Positions 26,501-32,000 of a stretch of DNA of 32,000 nucleotides are shown piece after piece. This DNA comes from Promethearchaeota archaeon (GTDB lineage: Archaea > Asgardarchaeota > Lokiarchaeia > Sigyniarchaeales > SOKP01): positions 90,001 through 122,000 of the forward strand of contig JAUWGH010000006.1 in assembly GCA_030606485.1 (NCBI GenBank), read 5' to 3'. Positions within the stretch are counted from its first letter, which is position 1. Each line of letters begins with the position of its first letter. A model generated the notes under the pieces. The model made no database searches, had not been told where the DNA came from, and was given only the letters and a program-made list of their open reading frames with translations. The translations under genes and the position numbers were made by a program.

Positions 26501-27823
26501 CTATTTGATTTTAAAGTGTGCTCCTAATTTTTGCAAATCCTCTATAAATGTTGGATAAGAATCCTCAATGATCTCTACATTTGAAATATGGGAGTTTGAT
26601 TCTGCAAACATTGCGGCAACAATTAATGCCATGGCTATGCGATGATCATCACCATGATTTAAATCTGCCCCATTTAATTTTGTATTCTCCTTTATTATCA
26701 ATTGATCTTCATGCTCTTCTAAATTTGCTCCCATTTTTTTCAACTCTCGAGCTATTCCAGAAACTCTATCTGATTCTTTACTCCTAATATTCTTGATATT
26801 AGTTAATTTCATAACTTTATTAGTGAAACAACCCATTACTGCTAGAATTGGAAATAAGTCAGGAGTTTCCCTACAATCAATTGAAAAATCTTCTAAAGGG
26901 CTTTTATTTATTCCTTTTTTAATTTTTACCATCTTTTCATGTGGATTTATTAATATATTAGCTCCCATTTCTCTCAGATATGAAATGATCTCCCTGTCAC
27001 CTTGGGGGCTATCAAAATCCAAATTAGAAATAATAACATTAAGATCATTCTCAGCTAACGTTGCGGCTCCAAAGATATAAGCCGCTGAAGAGAAATCCCC
27101 GGGAATATCATAAACTTGACCACGATAGTTCTGAGAACATGGGATTATTAAATTTCCCATTAAACTTTTTGAAATCTCTTGTTTAATTGTGATTCCAGCT
27201 CTATCCAACATATCTAAGGTTAAATAAATATATGGATGGGATGTAAGTGGTGTAGTTAGCTCTATAATTGTAGCATCACTCCCTTTACATTTCAATAACG
27301 GTGTAATAAGTAGTAAAGCAGTTATGAATTGAGAACTAACATCTCCTGGAAGTTTTATTCTTTTAGGAATTACATTTACTGGTTTGATGCTAATTTCATC
27401 CTCATTAACCTCAATTACTGCGCCTAATTGTTTTATAGCTTCTAATAATGGTTGGATTGGACGTTTTCTTTTTAAAAATTCCCCTGTTAGTCGGATTCCA
27501 TTTTCCAATAATAATCCCAGAGCACATAGGATCCTAAAAGTTGTACCAGAATTTTTACAATCTATCGGCACTTCGGGAGCAATAAATTTAGATTTTTGAA
27601 AATTAACTAAAAATTTATTCTCCTTTTCTTTTAGAATTTTAACTCCTAAACTCTTAAGAGCATTGATTGTTACCTCCACATCTCCAACTGTTAGAGGATT
27701 ATTTATAACTGAGATTGCCTCAGCTAACCCTGCAATGAAAAAAGCTCTATGAGAATAACTTTTTGAGGGAGGAACCTTAACTTTACCGCTTAGAGTCTTG
27801 ATTGGAAATATTTCTAAGTCCAT
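26501..27823 (-). CDS. aroA: 3-phosphoshikimate 1-carboxyvinyltransferase (EPSP synthase)
   Basis: VPPSKSYSHRA, NSGTTFR, SSQFITALL, IPGDFSSA, PDLFPIL, KESDR, DHRIAMA. Confidence 0.96.
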   Translation of the reverse strand: MDLEIFPIKTLSGKVKVPPSKSYSHRAFFIAGLAEAISVINNPLTVGDVEVTINALKSLGVKILKEKENKFLVNFQKSKFIAPEVPIDCKNSGTTFRILCALGLLLENGIRLTGEFLKRKRPIQPLLEAIKQLGAVIEVNEDEISIKPVNVIPKRIKLPGDVSSQFITALLLITPLLKCKGSDATIIELTTPLTSHPYIYLTLDMLDRAGITIKQEISKSLMGNLIIPCSQNYRGQVYDIPGDFSSAAYIFGAATLAENDLNVIISNLDFDSPQGDREIISYLREMGANILINPHEKMVKIKKGINKSPLEDFSIDCRETPDLFPILAVMGCFTNKVMKLTNIKNIRSKESDRVSGIARELKKMGANLEEHEDQLIIKENTKLNGADLNHGDDHRIAMALIVAAMFAESNSHISNVEIIEDSYPTFIEDLQKLGAHFKIK

Positions 27824-27914
27824 AATTTTATTAAGTATAAAAATAGTAATTAAGATTTTTTAATAATTCGTTAATTTCAAATTTCTATAATAAAAGTAAA
27901 AAAAATAGTTTAAT

Positions 27915-28238
27915 TTATTCATCATCTTGAAGAAATAATTTCAATTTTTGTAATATGGTCTCAGTTGTATCATATTCTTCATCTAAATCTGGAATTTTAA
28001 TCTTTGGTTTAGATTTAGCCTCCTGTATTACAATTTCTACTCTCCTTCCTTTAAATTTGCGGTAAATATCCTCAAGCTTAGTATTTAATATAATTGCTTC
28101 CTTCTCGTCTATAAGAAAAAATAAAGTATCTTTAATCTTTTCCCAGAATTTTTGTATTTTTTCATCATCTTTTGCCCACTTTGAAATATCTCTCTTGATT
28201 AAAGTCCCCTCATATTTTAAAATCTTTTTTCTGGCCAT
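27915..28238 (-). CDS. Hypothetical protein
   Basis: Charged ORF of about 107 aa, co-oriented with both neighbours. ATG 28238 preferred to TTG 28256. Confidence 0.65.
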   Translation of the reverse strand: MARKKILKYEGTLIKRDISKWAKDDEKIQKFWEKIKDTLFFLIDEKEAIILNTKLEDIYRKFKGRRVEIVIQEAKSKPKIKIPDLDEEYDTTETILQKLKLFLQDDE

Positions 28239-28278
28239 TATTTTTCGCTCTTCCAAGATTCTATTTTAACATTAGATT

Positions 28279-29298
28279 CTATCGCCTTAGAGCACGAGGG
28301 TTCCGATATAATTTTGTTTCTTGGGCAGAGACACTCAAAAGAATTTTCCCATTTTTAAGTAATTTTCTAGTTCTTAGTAATTTATGCTTAATCGGTTGTA
28401 AAAATTTGAGCATCATTGTAAATAGTAATATTACACTCTTCAATGATTCATTTTTATATGCTTTTTCAGTATAAAATTTAACAACATACTTTCCACCTAC
28501 ATTAACAACTTTCTCATCAATTTTTGCAATTAATTTATCTTGTCCATCAAAAATATCCCAATCACTACCGATAGAGAGCACATCCTCATCAAATGTAAAA
28601 ATATCCCACTCTTTTTTCTTCTCATTCATTAAAAGTGGAAATGTATGAATTTCTCCAAATAATCTCTTTGGAAATCGCAGATTTTGCTTAGCCAAATCAA
28701 CGATATATTTGTATTTTCTAACCATCATTTTAAATTCAGGGAGTGAATGTTCTGCACCAAATGTAGATTTTAAACTATTTAAAACCATTTCCTCTATTGT
28801 ACCTTGCCAAGCAATCGAGTCGGAATCAAACCATTTAATGACTAATCTCTTTTTACAAGGATTTTCTTCTTGTTCTTCCCAATCCTTCTTCATAAAACCA
28901 AAAAATCCAACAACATCATTATCTTCCTTCACAGAACCACAAAGATCTAGGTTTTTAGGAAACTGACGGGACTTTGCCATGAGTCTCTGTTTTTGGAATA
29001 TTCCAATTTCTGGACCATGTAAACTCGTTAACCAGAAGTCAACTGTGATCTTTTTAAGGTATTTCTTTTTAGATTTCTTTGGTTTTTCAACTTTCTTCTT
29101 TTCAACTTTTGTCTTTCCTCTGGTTTCTCCGAATATTTTTTCCTCGATATAAGATTCTAAATCTTCTTCTTTTTTCTTCCTAACTGACTTCTTCTTTTCA
29201 TAATCTGGGTTAAGTCTACAATAAGGTAGATGTGAATTCAATCTCCTATATTGCCTTCCGCAATAAGGACATTTTTCAAGTTCTATAGATTTAGACAT
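28279..29298 (-). CDS. Hypothetical protein: N-terminal C2HC zinc finger, Lys-rich linker, probable Tubby/LURP-one/scramblase-like C-terminal domain
   Basis: CPYCGRQYRRLNSHLPYC at the N-terminus; beta-rich C-terminal half with SIGSDWDIFDGQDKLIAKIDEKVVNVGGKYVV and a hydrophobic helix LKSVILLFTMMLKF. ATG 29298 preferred because the track start at 29394 overlaps aroC. Confidence 0.75.
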   Translation of the reverse strand: MSKSIELEKCPYCGRQYRRLNSHLPYCRLNPDYEKKKSVRKKKEEDLESYIEEKIFGETRGKTKVEKKKVEKPKKSKKKYLKKITVDFWLTSLHGPEIGIFQKQRLMAKSRQFPKNLDLCGSVKEDNDVVGFFGFMKKDWEEQEENPCKKRLVIKWFDSDSIAWQGTIEEMVLNSLKSTFGAEHSLPEFKMMVRKYKYIVDLAKQNLRFPKRLFGEIHTFPLLMNEKKKEWDIFTFDEDVLSIGSDWDIFDGQDKLIAKIDEKVVNVGGKYVVKFYTEKAYKNESLKSVILLFTMMLKFLQPIKHKLLRTRKLLKNGKILLSVSAQETKLYRNPRALRR

Positions 29299-29356
29299 AA
29301 CTAAATATAATCCAATAATTATATTTAAATATATAATATAATACTTTAAAAAAAAT

Positions 29357-30460
29357 ATGGTTGGAAATTCTTTAGGAACACTCTTTAAAATCATTTCTTT
29401 TGGGGAAAGTCATGGGGAAGTAATTGGTGTAATCATAGATGGTTGTCCTGCTGGACTTAAGATAGATGCGGATTTAATTCAAAAAGAGTTGAACAGAAGG
29501 CGCCCCGGTCAAACAGCTTTATCTACACCTCGTTCTGAAGAGGATAAAGTTAAAATTATTTCAGGAATATTTAATAATTTTACGACCGGAGCACCAATTT
29601 GCTTAATTATTGAAAATAAAGATGTAGATTCTTCTAAATATGAGAAAATTAAGAACATATTGAGACCATCTCATGCAGATTTTTCTAGATTGATGCGTTA
29701 TGGTGAATCTGCAGATTATCGTGGTGGAGGACGATTTTCTGGAAGAATAACCGCGGGGTTTGTTATGGCGGGAGCAATAGCAAAACAAATACTATCTTTA
29801 AATAATATTAAAATTATCGCTTATACTAAAGAAATTGGTGGAATTATTGATGATAAAGAATATGATTTCAAAAAGATAAAAATTCTTCGTGATAAATCTG
29901 ATGTAGGGGTGTTGGATAATGGTAACTCTCAGAAAATCAGTGAATTAATCCCTAAAATGAAAGAGGAAAAGAATTCAGTAGGAGGTATTGTAAAATGTAA
30001 CGTGGAGAATTTTCCTGCCGGTGTAGGTAATCCAATTTTCAATAATCTCCAATCTGATATAAGTAAAGCAATATTTTCAATTCCAGCTGTCAAAGGAATT
30101 GAATTTGGAGCTGGTTTTAAAGCCGCAAGAATGAAAGGTTCGGAGCACAATGATCCATGGATCATTAAAGATGGGAAAATAAAAACCTCTAAAAATGATG
30201 CAGGTGGAATAATTGGGGGTATATCAACCGGAATGCCTATTGAATTTAATGTATGCTTTAAACCGACAGCATCAATCTCCAAATCCCAAAAGACGATTGA
30301 TATTAAGCTGATGGAGGAGACAGAACTGATAATCGAAGGAAGGCATGATCCATGCATTGTTCCTCGAGTTATCCCTGTTGTAGAGGCTATGACTGCAGTT
30401 GTTTTATTGGATCATCTCTTAATGGCTCAAAAAATTCCGCTTGTCCTTGAAGAGAAATAA
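29357..30460 (+). CDS. aroC: Chorismate synthase
   Basis: FGESHG, RRRPGQ, RPSHAD, GGGRFSGRITA, SIPAVKGIEFG, NDAGGIIGGIS, FKPTAS, GRHDPCIVPR. Confidence 0.97.
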   Translation: MVGNSLGTLFKIISFGESHGEVIGVIIDGCPAGLKIDADLIQKELNRRRPGQTALSTPRSEEDKVKIISGIFNNFTTGAPICLIIENKDVDSSKYEKIKNILRPSHADFSRLMRYGESADYRGGGRFSGRITAGFVMAGAIAKQILSLNNIKIIAYTKEIGGIIDDKEYDFKKIKILRDKSDVGVLDNGNSQKISELIPKMKEEKNSVGGIVKCNVENFPAGVGNPIFNNLQSDISKAIFSIPAVKGIEFGAGFKAARMKGSEHNDPWIIKDGKIKTSKNDAGGIIGGISTGMPIEFNVCFKPTASISKSQKTIDIKLMEETELIIEGRHDPCIVPRVIPVVEAMTAVVLLDHLLMAQKIPLVLEEK

Positions 30461-30542
30461 TTATCCATTAAGTGAAAAATTATAAAATTATAAATATAGT
30501 TTAAAAATAATTTAAATAAGAAAAAACTATTAACTTTAAACA

Positions 30543-30770
30543 ATGCCGATAGAAGATACTTCATCGCAATTTATTGAATTTTATAAGAAAAAAGCAAGAA
30601 ATTTAGTTGAAATTGCAATGAATCATTATAAAAATAGAGAATTAAAAAAGTCTTGCGAGTTATTAAGTCAAGCATATACTTTCTATAAGAAAGCTGGTGA
30701 ATCAGATAATGCAGAGCAAGTGAAAAAAAGGTTTGAAGAGATTAAAGCCGAATTAAAGAGTGGCGTATAA
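30543..30770 (+). CDS. Small three-helix protein (TPR/MIT-like)
   Basis: 75-aa ATG ORF; KARNLVEIAMNHYKNRELKKSCELLSQAYTFYKKAG shows the small/large residue spacing of TPR/MIT helices. Confidence 0.6.
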   Translation: MPIEDTSSQFIEFYKKKARNLVEIAMNHYKNRELKKSCELLSQAYTFYKKAGESDNAEQVKKRFEEIKAELKSGV

Positions 30771-30778
30771 AAAAACCT

Positions 30779-31267
30779 TCAATCTATTTCTATCTTTTTA
30801 ATTTTAAGCAAAATATCTTCTATATGAGTTCCATACCAATATATCTTATTGCAAGTACGGTTAGAACATCGAAAAAATTCATTTATGTGATTATAAGTTC
30901 CTTTATTCACTAAATCTTTTACATCTTCTTTATTCTCTATTCTAAATAATGTATGATTACAAACGGAACATCTTGCTTTTTCGGCTTTATACTTAAAATC
31001 GTTTTTAAACCTGATTTTAATCTGTTTTAAATATCCATATACACTTTCTCCCTCTAGAAATAAACTATTTGGAGCGGCTTTTCTGCTTAATAACTTATCT
31101 TTTGTAAGAATTATTCTATTTTCTCCATTTGCAAATTTAACGAGCTCATCATCAGGAACTGGAGTGTTATTATCACTTTCTAAATCTTTAGCATAAACCG
31201 TATCATATGCGAATATTCTCAAAAAGCGAGTTAGCCTACCTAGCATAAGGTCAGTAAGAAATTTCAT
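30779..31267 (-). CDS. Mut7-C RNase domain protein (PIN-like domain plus zinc ribbon, DUF82)
   Basis: KFLTDLMLGRLTRFLRIFAYDT, RIILTKD, RCSVCN, FFRC..CNKIYWYGTH. Confidence 0.9.
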   Translation of the reverse strand: MKFLTDLMLGRLTRFLRIFAYDTVYAKDLESDNNTPVPDDELVKFANGENRIILTKDKLLSRKAAPNSLFLEGESVYGYLKQIKIRFKNDFKYKAEKARCSVCNHTLFRIENKEDVKDLVNKGTYNHINEFFRCSNRTCNKIYWYGTHIEDILLKIKKIEID

Positions 31268-31388
31268 AGAACTATTATTTTAAACTTTTTTGTGAAAATT
31301 TTCTCATTATGGGATATAAATCTGAAATTTTAATTAAAATTATACTTTAAAACAATTACTCATTTTCGATTGTAAAAAGTTGATAATA

Positions 31389-32000
31389 ATGTCCAAAAAT
31401 TTATGGAATAAAGTAACGGAAACAATTGTAAAAGCTGGCCAAATGCCTATGCCCATTAGCGATACCCTTATTGAACTATTGAAAATTATCATTACTGAAG
31501 AACAAGCTAAATTTCTGATAATTTTTAAAGAACCCTCTTTAAATCTTAACCAAATCAAAGAAAAAACAGATTTGGAGGAATCCCAGTTAGAAAAAATATT
31601 AAATGATTTAATGCATAACGGAATTATTACAGGAACAACCAGTAGAAGTACAGGGGTTAAAGTATATCGTTTAATGGGTCCTTTTCCCGGCATCTTTGAA
31701 TTTACCTTGATGAGAGGTGAAACAACAGAAAAAGAAAAGAAACTTGTAATATTATTTGATAAATTATTTGAGGAAATGAGTCAAGCAACTCAAAAAAATT
31801 ATGATATATTAATCCCACAATATAAAAAAATAATTCCTGCTATCGCTAGGGTTGTGCCAGTTGAGAAAGAGATCGAGACTCCGAAAGAAGTAGTATTACC
31901 ATTTGATGAAATCTCAAAAATTGTTGAAAAATATGATTATATTGCCTTAACTCACTGTTATTGCCGTCATGAGAAAGATCTATTGGGCGATCCATGTAAA
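31389..32000 (+). CDS. Probable 4Fe-4S-binding protein (N-terminal part; runs off the window's right edge)
   Basis: Not in the ORF track. Open frame from ATG 31389: MSKNLWNKV..YRLMGPFPGIFEFTLM..ARVVPVEKEI..IALTHCYCRHEKDLLGDPCK. The Fe-S assignment rests on the CxCR..G.PC pattern; canonical cluster motifs would lie beyond the window. Confidence 0.75.
   Translation, partial: MSKNLWNKVTETIVKAGQMPMPISDTLIELLKIIITEEQAKFLIIFKEPSLNLNQIKEKTDLEESQLEKILNDLMHNGIITGTTSRSTGVKVYRLMGPFPGIFEFTLMRGETTEKEKKLVILFDKLFEEMSQATQKNYDILIPQYKKIIPAIARVVPVEKEIETPKEVVLPFDEISKIVEKYDYIALTHCYCRHEKDLLGDPCK

Noticed and set aside
29299-29394. 32-codon N-terminal extension of the zinc-finger gene in the ORF track
   Set aside because: It overlaps the aroC start and crosses the AT-rich divergent promoter; the hydrophobic stretch is a compositional artefact.
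1-32000. Mobile elements or prophage
   Set aside because: No transposase, integrase, terminal repeat or viral gene was recognised; the content is mostly housekeeping and metabolic.

Overview
An AT-rich (about 30% GC by eye), gene-dense archaeal chromosome segment. It is most consistent with an Asgard archaeon (Lokiarchaeia/Promethearchaeota): archaeal RpoD, L18e, L13 and S9, a group II chaperonin, archaeal-type TrpRS and TrmI, plus a Rag/Arf-like small GTPase fused to a roadblock-like domain. From left to right it holds: a 3'-truncated double-module HdrA coupled to an FrhB-family gene, divergent from metV-metF; GTP-PEPCK; a thermosome subunit; an Lrp regulator divergent from an FAD-oxidoreductase/CCG Fe-S pair; trpS; the GTPase; several small hypotheticals; tRNA-related genes; a PRC-barrel protein; a coiled-coil protein; glyA; a membrane alpha/beta hydrolase split by one in-frame TAG; rpoD-rpl18e-rpl13-rps9; aroA and aroC flanking two unknown genes; a Mut7-C RNase; and a truncated Fe-S protein. 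The ORF track misses both edge genes (hdrA 1-2717 minus, and 31389-32000 plus). I found no tRNA, rRNA, CRISPR array or mobile element. The best leads are: (1) the FrhB-HdrA/MetVF divergon as a candidate F420-linked or electron-bifurcating methylene-THF reductase, with a 20-bp repeat array between the arms and anomalous GC3 in metF; (2) a C2HC zinc finger fused to a probable Tubby/scramblase (LURP-one)-like barrel; (3) a thermosome subunit lacking the catalytic Asp; (4) the amber-interrupted hydrolase; (5) the Rag-like GTPase. All family assignments come from motif recognition only; no database search was run.
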